Part shown: positions 19,784-29,200 of the stretch, in pieces
Position numbering within the stretch: position 1 is the first letter of the stretch
How the letters are laid out: the number at the start of each line of letters is the position of its first letter
NCBI GenBank assembly: GCA_964551475.1
Contig: CAZKCI010000117.1
Location: forward strand, 471 to 64,470
Direction of reading: 5' to 3'
DNA length: 64,000 bases
Origin: an uncultured bacterium
GTDB lineage: Bacteria; Auribacterota; Erginobacteria; Erginobacterales; CAZKCI01
The notes under the pieces: generated by a model
What the model was told of the DNA's origin: nothing
What the model saw: only the letters and a program-made list of their open reading frames with translations
Database searches by the model: none
Made by a program: the position numbers and the translations under genes

Positions 19784-21571
19784 CTACCTCGTCACCCCGA
19801 CGTCCCCTGCCGCGCCATAGTAGGCGGAGCCGTAGTCCCTGATCGACCAGTAACCGGAGTTAGCTCTGAAAATGGCAATCTCGTCTCCATAGTATTCATT
19901 GAAATCGGCGGGGACGGGTTGGTCGCCGCTCGCTCCGAAGTTGCAGCGGATGCCGCCCCGGACCGACCAGAGGCCGTTCGAAGGCCGGAAGATCGCCGCC
20001 TTCCAGGGGCCGTTCTGAGTGGCGGTGTAGTTCCCCGGGACGGGGATGTCGCCGCTGGCCCCGAGATAGAACCTGGTCTGCCCCTTGATCGACCAGAGCC
20101 CGTTCGATGGCCGGAAGATCGCGATCTCCGATCTGGTCCCGTTCACGTATGCCCCCGGGACCGGCAGATCGGCCGAAGATCCGAGGTAAACGGTGGAGAG
20201 GTTGCGGATCGCCCACTTGCCGTTGGAGGGGCGGAAGACGGCGATGTCGGTCCGCCCGTCGCCGTTGTAGTCCCCGGGGACGGGCGTGTCGGTGGAGGAC
20301 CCATAGTAAACCGTGGAGAGGCCGCGGATCGCCCACTTGCCGTTGGAGGGCTGGTAGACGGCGATTTCGGCTCGGCCGTCGCCGTTGTAGTCACCGGGGA
20401 CGGGGATGTCGTCGGAGGAGCCGTAATAGACCGTGGAGAGGTTGCGGATCGCCCACATCCCGGTCGAGGGGCGGAAGATGGCGATGTCGGAGTAGTTGTC
20501 GCCGTTGTAGTCGCCCTTGGCAAGGACCCGGTAGGTGGAGGTAGCCGGCGTGACGTTCCAGTCGATGTCGTAGGACGCCCAAGAGTAGTTGTCGCGCCAG
20601 GCGGTGTCGTAGTACTGGCAGGAGTAGTTGATGTCCATGTCGACATAGAATGTTCCCCGGGGGCGCTTCGCCGTCGTCCCCCAGGAGTTGAGCATATACC
20701 AGACAGAGTGGTTGGGGTCGTTGTCGTTGTAGCCGTAGCAGAGGACGGCGTGTCCCCAGCCGTCGGAGGTGTATGTCGCTCCGCACGCGGAGCTGTCCAG
20801 GAAGTTGATGAGGTAGATGTTCTCGCTTTGGTTGTTCCAGGAATTCATAAAGGCGGTGTCGGCCGCGGAGGTGGGCGCATAGAAGGCGAACCAGACCGGC
20901 TTGTTCTGGTTGAGAACGTTCTTGATATTGGCGATCGCGGTGGCCTGGGTGACGCCATAGGTGGTGATGTAGGTGGCCGAGCAGGAGTTGATGTCGTAGT
21001 TCGGCGTGACGCTGATCGAGCCGCAGGAGACCGACGGCACTCCGCCGCAGGATTTCCCGCCGTCCAGCCAGGAGGCGTTGGTATTCGACCAGGGGATGCA
21101 GTATCCTTTGCTGGTGAAGAAGTTGGAGACGTATTCCGCCCATCCGCCGCAGCAGACGGTCCCGTAGCAGCTGTTCATGTGTTGGACGGAAAGGCTGTCG
21201 TAGATCCCCTCCTGGACGTGGAGGTCGATGGCGAAGCAGGCCGTTCCGGCCCACTCCCAGCAGTTGCCGCAAGCACCTTGGTTGCGTGTGGAGGGTGTGT
21301 AGTTCAGATGGCTCAGGAGGCTGGTCGCTCCCCGCTTGTCCCTGATCCCCGGGTCGATGTAGGCCCGCGGCCCCTGGAGCGACATCTCCTGCCAGAGTCG
21401 GCGGGTTTCCGCATCCGGCCGCATCACTCCGGGATGGGCCGCTCCCTCCTTGAGCGCTGTCAGGTCGGCGTGGACCCCCTGGAACTCTCCGACGATGAAC
21501 TCTTCCGCGGCCGTGACCGCGGGCATCGCCGCCATCAGTATGATCGCCGCGCACACCAGTGCCGTTTTCAT
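19784..21571 (-). CDS. Secreted papain-like (C1) cysteine protease with a six-repeat FG-GAP-like C-terminal module
   Basis: AAGGAGG RBS. Signal MKTALVCAAIILMAAMPAVTA. Catalytic motifs NQGACGNCWEWAG, GHAVLCYGYND and YMLNSWGT. Six GDYNGDG..(D/E)IA(V/I)FRPS.G.WAIR repeats, ending ...GVTR. Confidence 0.85.
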   Translation of the reverse strand: MKTALVCAAIILMAAMPAVTAAEEFIVGEFQGVHADLTALKEGAAHPGVMRPDAETRRLWQEMSLQGPRAYIDPGIRDKRGATSLLSHLNYTPSTRNQGACGNCWEWAGTACFAIDLHVQEGIYDSLSVQHMNSCYGTVCCGGWAEYVSNFFTSKGYCIPWSNTNASWLDGGKSCGGVPSVSCGSISVTPNYDINSCSATYITTYGVTQATAIANIKNVLNQNKPVWFAFYAPTSAADTAFMNSWNNQSENIYLINFLDSSACGATYTSDGWGHAVLCYGYNDNDPNHSVWYMLNSWGTTAKRPRGTFYVDMDINYSCQYYDTAWRDNYSWASYDIDWNVTPATSTYRVLAKGDYNGDNYSDIAIFRPSTGMWAIRNLSTVYYGSSDDIPVPGDYNGDGRAEIAVYQPSNGKWAIRGLSTVYYGSSTDTPVPGDYNGDGRTDIAVFRPSNGKWAIRNLSTVYLGSSADLPVPGAYVNGTRSEIAIFRPSNGLWSIKGQTRFYLGASGDIPVPGNYTATQNGPWKAAIFRPSNGLWSVRGGIRCNFGASGDQPVPADFNEYYGDEIAIFRANSGYWSIRDYGSAYYGAAGDVGVTR

Positions 21572-21644
21572 GCCCCCTCCTTCTCGAGAGGTTGTGTGAG
21601 ACTGCAAAAACGAGTGATCAGTAATCAGTTAATCCGTCCATCAG

Positions 21645-21850
21645 TTACTGATCACTGTTCACTGATCGCTTCTTTTTCAGTTACTGTTTACTGTGGGAGG
21701 GGCGTCTCGCCCCGATCCCTTTACTGATCACTGTTCACTGATCGCTTCTTTTTCGGTTACTGTTTACTGTGGGAGGGGCGTCTCGCCCCGATCCCTTTAC
21801 TGATCACTGTTCACTGATCGCTTCTTTTTCGGTTACTGTTTTCTGTGGGA
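21645..21850. repeat. 76-bp tandem repeat, about 2.7 copies
   Basis: The unit is ttactgatcactgttcactgatcgcttctttttcRgttactgtttactgtgggaggggcgtctcgccccgatccc, starting at 21645, 21721 and 21797. It lies upstream of the protease start. Confidence 0.9.
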
Positions 21851-21892
21851 GCGGCATATTGCTTATCTATCAGATATTGTCGCCTATGGAAA

Positions 21893-22045
21893 GCCGTTTC
21901 TGTGAAGCGGCGTGTGGTGTGTTGATCAGGTCTTGTTGCCTTTTGTAGGCCGCTTCTGCGAAGCGGCGTGTCGGACTGCTTTCGGAGAGTCATTTTTAGT
22001 CGCGCTGATTCCGTCCATATCGTCCATAATGTCCATATCGTCCAT
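21893..22045 (+). repeat. Composite dispersed repeat, copy D (GTCCAT array at 22013-22045)
   Basis: Colinear with 19503-19662, including ctgctttMggagagtcatttttagtcgcgc. Confidence 0.85.
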
Positions 22046-22081
22046 TCGCCCCTCCCGCTGCCCATTGAACCTTCTTATTCT

Positions 22082-24454
22082 TTATCTCTCCTCTTCGAAC
22101 ATCACCTCCAGTATCAGGAAGACCGAGGGAGAGGCGTTCTCCCAGTAGCTTTCCCCCTCGTCCGGATCGATCCTCTTCCAGGTGAGCCTCGGCGCCACCT
22201 CCAAGCGGAGCCACTCCCGCCAGATCGAGTGGCGCAGGCGCAGCGTCAGCGTGTGGCTGTCGGCCCGGAAGCATGGCCAGGTGTGCGCCTTGCTCACCCA
22301 CTCGAGGCTGGCGGCGAAGTGGTCCATTCCCTCCAGGCTGAAATCGAGATAGCGGAGGTCAAACCCTTGGGAGAGGTCGACGCCGCTGCTGGTGTTCGAA
22401 TAGATGACCTCGCTTTCTCCCCGGGTCAACCAGTGCCGGTCGAGGAGACGGTTGGCGATGAAGCGCGTCGTCTCGCCGAGTCCGTCGTCGCTGTACCAGT
22501 AGAGATACTGGATAGACTGCAGGTACCAGGGGTCGTCGGAGTGGTCCCACTCCAGACGCGGCTTCACGTAGACCACGGGCTTTCCGCTCCACTCCACCCC
22601 TCCGCTCAACGATGGCTTGAGCTCGGCTATCTGGTGGAGGTAGTAGCGCAGCCCCGCGGTGAAATGCTTGTCCTCGGTCGGGTCGCGATAGTCGCTGTCG
22701 GTCCCGAGATCGTCGTCCGCGTCGGACCCGAAGAAGGTGTGCAGCCGCCGTTCCAGGATGGGGAGGGGGAGGTTGGCGCTGAAGTGCTGGGCGAAGTCGA
22801 GCTTCAATCGCTCCTTGATCTCCACCGATCCCCGGACGCGGATCCAGGGGGTGTCGATCTCCTCCTCCACGATCTGCTCCCCGAAGAAGGAGTCGAATTG
22901 ATAGACCGTCCGCGAGACCATCTGCGAGAGCTTGTGGTACTGGCGGTCGATGAAGGTCTCCCCGGGCGGGGGAGGGGGGCGGAACTTGGCGGCGAAGCCG
23001 TCCTCCCCGCCCCCGGAGGCGGCCTGGCGGGCGTTGATCGTCGGGAAGTTCTCCGAAGTGGTCCGCCCGCAGATATAGACGCAGGCGTCCTGGTCCGCCC
23101 AGCTTCCGAAGCTTTCCTCCTCCCCCGCTCCGCCCCAGTAGGTGGAGAAGAGGAGGTCGCCCCCCGCGGAGGAGACGCAGGAGAGGAAAGCGTCGCGACC
23201 GCCGGCGCGGGAGGCTTGAGCGGGGGCGGCGGTGGGGAAATTGTCGGAGTCGGTGGAACCCGCCACCCAGATGTTTTTCCGCCAGTCAGAGACGACCTCG
23301 GCCCCCCTCTCGTTTCCTCTTCCACCCAGGAAAACCGTGAAGGCGAGGGGAGAGGAGTCGGCGGAGAACTTTCCCAGCCAGACGTCGCTGTCTACGGCCT
23401 CGCTCCAACTTCCGGCCCGGGACGGGAAGTCGCTGGGGAGGCTGGCGCCTATCGCGTAGAGCCCCCCTTCGCTGTCGAGGTCGAGCGAGAGTCCGTCGGT
23501 TGCCCCGGCGTCTCCCAAGCAGGCAGCGTAGGTCGTCTCGCCGGTCGCTTGGGAAAGCGCGGCGACGAACGGCTCTCCTTCTCCGATTCTCTCCAGCGGG
23601 CGAGGATTCCGGGTGGGGAATTCCCGCGACCGGCTCTCCCCGATCACGACGGCGTTCTCTTCGAAGATTACCGCTTCCCTGGCCCTTCCCGGAGCGAGTG
23701 CGGTGGAGAAGATAAGGGCCGAGCCGCCCGAGGCGAGCTTCGCCACGAAGGCTTCGCTCCCCGTGCCGCCGGCGGACCGTCCGTCGCCCGCCGTCGGAAA
23801 ATCGCCGGAAGCTGTGGCTCCGGCCAGGAAGAGGCATCCGTGCTGGTCGAGGCCGGCCCCGAGGCATCCGTCCGCGCCGCTGCCGCCGATGAACGCGGCG
23901 TAGAGGAGCGAGGAGCCGGCGCTGTCGAGCTTGGCCGCGAAAGCTTCGGCCGTGCCGCCCTTGGCAACCCCGCTGAGATAGACGCGCTCGGTCGCGTCCG
24001 CCAGGATCGAGAGGGGCTCGCATTCCCCCCCTATCTCCCCCAGGTAGACGGACCAGAGGATTGACGATCCGGTGGAGGAGAGCTTGGCGGCGAAAGCGTC
24101 ACTCGCCTTCGTCCCGCATAGGGGGCCCTGGTAGGGGGATAGTGAAGGAAAATCGACCGAAGATGTGCTGCCGCAGACATAGACCTCCCAGTCCCTGTCC
24201 ACGGTTATGCCGGTGACCGTATCCCTTCCCGTCCCGCCCAGATACGTGGAGAAGATGATCGCGCTCGTTTCTTCAGCGGTTGGTGTCGGCGCCGGCAGTG
24301 CGTGTGAAACGGATGGGACTGGTGAAGGGGGAGGGGAGGCGCGCGGGGGCGAGGGCTCGTCCGCGGCCGTCGAGCGGGCGGCCAAGACCATCAGGATCAA
24401 CCCCGGCAGGATCGATCCCCCCGCCCGCTTTATCCAGGATCGCATCCCTGCCAT
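22082..24454 (-). CDS. Secreted SBBP (beta-propeller) repeat protein with a C-terminal beta-rich, possibly barrel-like, domain
   Basis: Start at MAGMRSWIKRAGGSILPGLILMVLAA (signal). Repeated D/EAF(A/V)AKL.S.GS.L.(Y/F)S.(Y/F)LGG...FP motifs. The last ~320 aa have alternating aromatic and polar beta-strand-like segments. The track's upstream extension to 24814 overlaps the next gene. Confidence 0.75.
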   Translation of the reverse strand: MAGMRSWIKRAGGSILPGLILMVLAARSTAADEPSPPRASPPPSPVPSVSHALPAPTPTAEETSAIIFSTYLGGTGRDTVTGITVDRDWEVYVCGSTSSVDFPSLSPYQGPLCGTKASDAFAAKLSSTGSSILWSVYLGEIGGECEPLSILADATERVYLSGVAKGGTAEAFAAKLDSAGSSLLYAAFIGGSGADGCLGAGLDQHGCLFLAGATASGDFPTAGDGRSAGGTGSEAFVAKLASGGSALIFSTALAPGRAREAVIFEENAVVIGESRSREFPTRNPRPLERIGEGEPFVAALSQATGETTYAACLGDAGATDGLSLDLDSEGGLYAIGASLPSDFPSRAGSWSEAVDSDVWLGKFSADSSPLAFTVFLGGRGNERGAEVVSDWRKNIWVAGSTDSDNFPTAAPAQASRAGGRDAFLSCVSSAGGDLLFSTYWGGAGEEESFGSWADQDACVYICGRTTSENFPTINARQAASGGGEDGFAAKFRPPPPPGETFIDRQYHKLSQMVSRTVYQFDSFFGEQIVEEEIDTPWIRVRGSVEIKERLKLDFAQHFSANLPLPILERRLHTFFGSDADDDLGTDSDYRDPTEDKHFTAGLRYYLHQIAELKPSLSGGVEWSGKPVVYVKPRLEWDHSDDPWYLQSIQYLYWYSDDGLGETTRFIANRLLDRHWLTRGESEVIYSNTSSGVDLSQGFDLRYLDFSLEGMDHFAASLEWVSKAHTWPCFRADSHTLTLRLRHSIWREWLRLEVAPRLTWKRIDPDEGESYWENASPSVFLILEVMFEEER

Positions 24455-24456
24455 GA

Positions 24457-24504
24457 TAAAAAAGCCGGTCCCGGCCGCGTGGAGGCGCCCGAGACCGGCT
24501 TTTT
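24457..24504 (-). terminator. Hairpin terminator after the 24523 stop
   Basis: aaaaaagccggtc-N22-gaccggcttttt. Confidence 0.6.
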
Positions 24505-24522
24505 CATCCCCGGATTGTTCGT

Positions 24523-25260
24523 TTAGATGGCCACTTCGTCGGGAACGATCATCTTCTCGTTCTTCTTGATCAGCTCGGGCGGAACCGGGCGCTTGAGCTC
24601 GGTGCCGACCAGATCCTGCACGTACTTCTTCACCCGGGCTTCCCAATATTTCTTGGTGATGTAAAAGACCTTGGCGCCTCCCAACTCGTGCTGAATTTCC
24701 GGCCAGGGCTTCGACGGCTGGCACATCCCCAGCCCCCAGCGCTTCAAGCCGTTGATCGACTCGTAGGTGGCCTGGAACTCCTGCTGGCCGAGGATGTCGA
24801 AGCAGTACTCGCACTTGGCGTAGTACATCACCGCCCCCACCCGCATCCCGCGGTGGATGGCCATGGTGTGGAGGGAAATGTTGATGTTCTCGTCGAAGAG
24901 GCGGCCGTTGCAGAAGCCGGCGAGCTTGCCGTCGATCAGGCCGACGAAGGTGTAGGGGTCTTTAAGCCTCTTGCGCAATACGCCCAACAGCTCGGCGTAG
25001 ACCCGGGCGGCCACGATGTCGTAGTAGTCCTTGCCCTCTTTGAACTGCTCGCTGTCCATGATCTTGCGCATGTAACCGACCAGAAGGGGGATCTCCTCCT
25101 CCTTGGCCTCGCGGATCAGCATGGTCTGCCCCTTGAGCGTGATGAAGGAGGGGGGGTAGGGTTTGAGGACCAGCGGCGGCGGCTGGAGAAGAGCCTCGAT
25201 CTCCGAGGCCTCGAAAACAATCTGCTCCTGAGAAACTTTACAGGGCGGCGTTACTTTCAC
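24523..25260 (-). CDS. Hypothetical protein, possibly a GNAT-fold acyltransferase
   Basis: GTG start with an AGGAGG RBS. LIREAKEEEIPLL..., GLIDGKLAGFCNG and HTMAIHRGMRVGA resemble GNAT strands, but no strict motif was identified. Confidence 0.6.
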   Translation of the reverse strand: MKVTPPCKVSQEQIVFEASEIEALLQPPPLVLKPYPPSFITLKGQTMLIREAKEEEIPLLVGYMRKIMDSEQFKEGKDYYDIVAARVYAELLGVLRKRLKDPYTFVGLIDGKLAGFCNGRLFDENINISLHTMAIHRGMRVGAVMYYAKCEYCFDILGQQEFQATYESINGLKRWGLGMCQPSKPWPEIQHELGGAKVFYITKKYWEARVKKYVQDLVGTELKRPVPPELIKKNEKMIVPDEVAI

Positions 25261-25389
25261 AGATGCCTCCTTTCGTTTTCGTGAGATGGATTAATAGCAT
25301 AATCCGCCTCGTGAAAAAAGAATAAACAAGAAGCAGTCTAGGGCTCTTGCCCCGCGATGAATGCCCCCGGCATTCATTTTGCGCGGGTA

Positions 25390-25463
25390 TGGCTGGGGTC
25401 GGGATCGAACCGACGGCCTAGGGCTTATGAGTCCCTCGCTCTAACCAACTGAGCTACCCAGCC
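25390..25463 (-). tRNA. tRNA-Met (anticodon CAT); a tRNA-Ile2 identity via lysidine cannot be excluded
   Basis: The reverse complement is GGCTGGGTAGCTCAGTTGGTTAGAGCGAGGGACTCATAAGCCCTAGGCCGTCGGTTCGATCCCGACCCCAGCCA. It has a 7-bp acceptor stem (G1-C72 paired, so elongator type), a GCTC/GAGC D-stem, a CTCATAA anticodon loop and a GTCGG/CCGAC T-arm. CCA is not encoded. Confidence 0.85.
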
Positions 25464-25544
25464 GCGCTTTCGCTTTATGGAATCCAAGGAATCATACGGT
25501 AAGGCCCTGCATATTTCAACCGCCTATCCCCGATCGCTGTCCAT

Positions 25545-25925
25545 CCGTGGGAGCGACATTCCTGCCTGTCCCGATAGTCCCGGCAGAGATACGGGACTAT
25601 CGGGGTCGCGATCCAAGCCAAAGCCAGCCTGTGGGAGCGGCGTCCTCGCCGCGATCCGAGTCAGCTGAGCCATGTGGGAGCGACGTCTCGCCTGCCCCGA
25701 TTACAAGAAGATTTATACGAAGATCGGGGCCCCGATCCATCGTGGGGCTCGATGCCGTTCGTAGCTGCGGACCCCGCCCTAAAGGGCGGGCAAGCTTCAG
25801 GTCCGCGGGACGAGCCAGACCGGCAGTCGCTATCCCTCTCCCCAACTTTTCGGGGAAGCTTGCCCTGTCGCAGACCCTGAGCTTGCCGAAGGGAGCGAAG
25901 TCAAAGGGAGGGCCGGGGTGAGGGG
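25545..25925. repeat. Dense field of REP-like hairpin elements
   Basis: TGTGGGAGCG(A/G)C-type units, with hairpins cccgatagtcccg-N9-cgggactatcggg, gcggcg-tcct-cgccgc, ccccgat-N21-atcgggg, gcggacc...ggtccgc and gagggga-ttttt-cccctc. Confidence 0.7.
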
Positions 25926-26265
25926 GATTTTTCCCCTCAGCCCTTAGCATATCCCCTCCTGAACTTAACAACTTAAAACCGTCCCTCCCGGTCATCTCCG
26001 CTGCATATGTCCGGCCAATCAACATTAACTGTAATAATGCCGATAATATTATTGACTGTGCAATTAAACGGTGATAACTTTATTTTAGTCAAGGGAGGTC
26101 TGTATGCTTTTCTCGGCCATGACCGAACGGAGCTCTCACCCCGGCCCTGGATACAGTCCAGGCCGGGATATTTTTTTGACCAGAATACCGCTTCTGCAAA
26201 CGAAACTGCGCGGCCGTCGCGCCGAGCGCTTGCCTCCGTCCCGGACCGGGACGGGGAGGAGAACC

Positions 26266-29200
26266 ATGAGATCGAAGATTAAGCGTGGAGCCGGATTTGT
26301 CGCCTGCCTGCTGGCCATAATGTGGGCGTTGCCGGTCCTCGGGGGCGAGCCGGAACAAGACGCCGCGGGGAAGGTTGTCCGGAACGGCTGGGATGAACTG
26401 TACAATTATCGAATAACCCCCGGAACGACCGCGCGGATGCGCCTGGATTCCAATCGCGAGACGATCGCGGTTGAATACCTGCCGGCGGCCCCCCGTCTCT
26501 CCGGGGCTGCGGAAGCCAGGATCCTTTCTCCGCCCCGGCTGCCTTCCCCCGCGCCTCGGGCCTGCTCTTCCCCGTCCCCCCTGCTCGAGTTGGAATGGAA
26601 GAAGGGGGTGTTCGGCAGCGGAATTGGGAAAAGCAACATCTGCTTGGCGGATGTCGACGGGGACGCGACTCCGGAAATCATCGTCGGAGGCTGCAGCACT
26701 ATCTTCGGCGCCGATGACTTCTGGCACGTGGTTCATTATGACGCGGCTTCGAACGGCTATCAGGATGCGTGGGTGAGCGACTATTATCCGGAGACCATTT
26801 CGAGAATGGTGATCGCCGATCCGGATCTGGACGGTTCCACTGAGATCGTTTTGGGCTTGGGCAACGGCTCGGTGCAAATCTTCGACGCTTCTCGGTTGGA
26901 ACTTGAAGACGCTTTTTCCACCGCCGCCGGCGGCATCAGCGAGTTGTCGGTATTCGACGTAGACCAGGACGGGAAGAACGAAATCGTCGTCACCAACGGC
27001 AGCGCCTTGTATGTCTACGACGCCACGCAACACACCCTTGAATGGTCCAACCTGACCGGCGGGGGGAAAGGCTTGGCGATCGGAAACGTGGACGCGGATC
27101 CCGCCGTGGAAATCGTCGCGAGCTCCAGCGGCAAGCAGGGTTATGTGATCGACGGCAGCTCTCGCGCCGTAACCTGGGAATACGCGACGGGATTTGGGAA
27201 TATTGTTCGGACCGGTGACATCGACGGGGACGCGATCAACGAGATCGTCGGCGCCAACGCTTGGTACTACGTGACTGCCTTTGATGCCGACAGCGAATCG
27301 CTCAAATGGCAGATCGGTACCAGTCATGACATCGGGGCGCTCCGGTTGATGGACATCGACGGGGATTCGGCAACGGAAGTTCTCTACGGCGATGGGCAGG
27401 GGGGCTATATTCACTGCCTCGACGGCCGGACCCAAGCCGAAGAATGGAAGATCGCCAACCCCAAGCACGGGGTCACCGACATCGGCGCCGCGGACGTGGA
27501 CGGAGATGGAACCACCGAATTGCTCTGGGGAGCGGGCGTCACCTCCACTGGGGAAGATCATTTATACGTGTCGGATTTTTCCATTCAATCCATCGAGTGG
27601 CGGAACGAGCATTTAGATCCGCCTTTCCAGGCATTCGACGCCGGAGACGTGGACGGGGACGGCGCCGGCGAAATCGTCATGGGCTCCTACACTACCAACA
27701 GCGGGTCTGACAGCGGGACGGTGCTTATATACGACGCCGCGACCCACGCTTTCGAATGGAGCAGCGGCCCCCTCCCCGAAGCGATGACCTGGGGCGGCCT
27801 GCAATCGATCAAGGTCGCCGACGTCGACCAGGACGGGGCGAAGGAATATTTAGTGGGGACATCCGATATCCATTCCGGCGTGATCCTTTGCTACCGCGGG
27901 GCTACCCGCTCGCTCATGTGGACTTCCCCGGAATACGAGGGGGTTATCTTTTGCCCGATCGCAGTTTGCGATCTCGATGGCGACGGGCAGACGGAAGTCA
28001 TCGGAGGGGCCACCCAGGAGAGCAGCTCCGCCGAGGGCGCCTCTGTCTGCGTCCTCCGCGGCTCCGATGGGACGGAGGAGTGGCGCAGCACAGATTTGGG
28101 CGCCTCCTGGCCGGTGCTCTATGCCCTGCGCGTCGTGGACGTGGATAACGACGGCCATCAGGAGATCGTCGCCGGGATCAAAAACGGCGCCATCTACATT
28201 TTCGACGGCGTGACTAAAGCCTTGGATGGCCAAATCGAGCGCGCCGACACCGGCGGGCTGGACGCCTGCGATATCGATGGGGACGGGGTGGTGGAAATCC
28301 TGGTCGGGACTTCCGGCGGAGACCTGATCGTCTACAACGGGATCAGCCGGGAGGTGAAAAAGCAATCTGACCTCGGTTCGTCGTCGATCGATGCGGTCAA
28401 GGTCGCGTCCATTAACTCGCTTACCTATAGCCCGTTGTTGCTACTGGGGAGCGGCGGAAGGCTCAGCGTCATCAAGTATTCCGACCTCTCTACGCTCTGG
28501 CAAAGCCCGATCCTGGGAGAGACGACCGGCTATTTGAACAATCTCGTCTGTGGCGATATCGACCAGGATTCTCAATGCGAGATAGTCGTCGCCGGTTCTC
28601 ACGCCTTGAACGTCTACGAGGCGCCCGCGGAAAAGAATTTAAACCTGGAGCAGGTCGATTTCGACGGCGATGGATCGAGCGACATCGCTCTTTATCGCGG
28701 ATCATCGGGGCTCTGGTCGGTGAGGAACCTTACCCGCGCTTATTTCGGGAACTCGATCGACCGGCCGGTCCCGGCGGATTATAACGGCGACGGGACGGCG
28801 GATATCGCCATTTTCCGGTTCTCCTCAGGCCTGTGGTCGGTCAAGAACATCAGCCGCTTATATATGGGCGGAGTCGGCGATTGCCCGATTCCCAAAGACT
28901 ACAACGGGGACGGAAGCGCCGATTTGGGAACGTTTCGGGCTTCGAACGGGATGTGGGCGATCCGGAATTGGACTCGGTTCTTTTTCGGATCCACGGGAGA
29001 TACGGCCGTTCCCGGTTCCTACGTCACGAGTGACGCCATCAACTTCGCGATCTATCGCGGAAGCATGGGGATGTGGTCGATCCGGAACGTGACTAAGTTC
29101 TATTTCGGTTACACCATCGATCGGCCCGTCCCGGGCGATTATACCGGCCTCGGCCGGTGGGTATGCTCCATTTACCGCCCGACCTCCGGCTTCTGGTCGA

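Noticed and set aside
21645-21850. A possible CRISPR array (also considered for the GTCCAT arrays and the ~190-bp modules)
   Set aside because: The 76-bp units are directly abutting with no unique spacers. The GTCCAT arrays have a 9-bp period. The modules are kilobases apart. No cas genes are present.
19694-24064. Plus-strand ORFs 19694-21727 (677 aa) and 21968-24064 (698 aa)
   Set aside because: They are antisense to the C1 protease and SBBP genes, which have clear catalytic or repeat motifs. Their products are G/V/R/P/D-rich with no motifs.
24455-24814. N-terminal extension of the SBBP ORF up to 24814
   Set aside because: It crosses a terminator hairpin and overlaps the 24523-25260 gene. 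The signal peptide begins at the 24454 Met.
25261-25389. The hairpin gatgaatgcc-ccc-ggcattcat followed by TTTG, as a terminator
   Set aside because: The orientation and T-run fit a plus-strand terminator, but no plus-strand gene ends there. On the tRNA strand it lacks a U-run. It is left unannotated.
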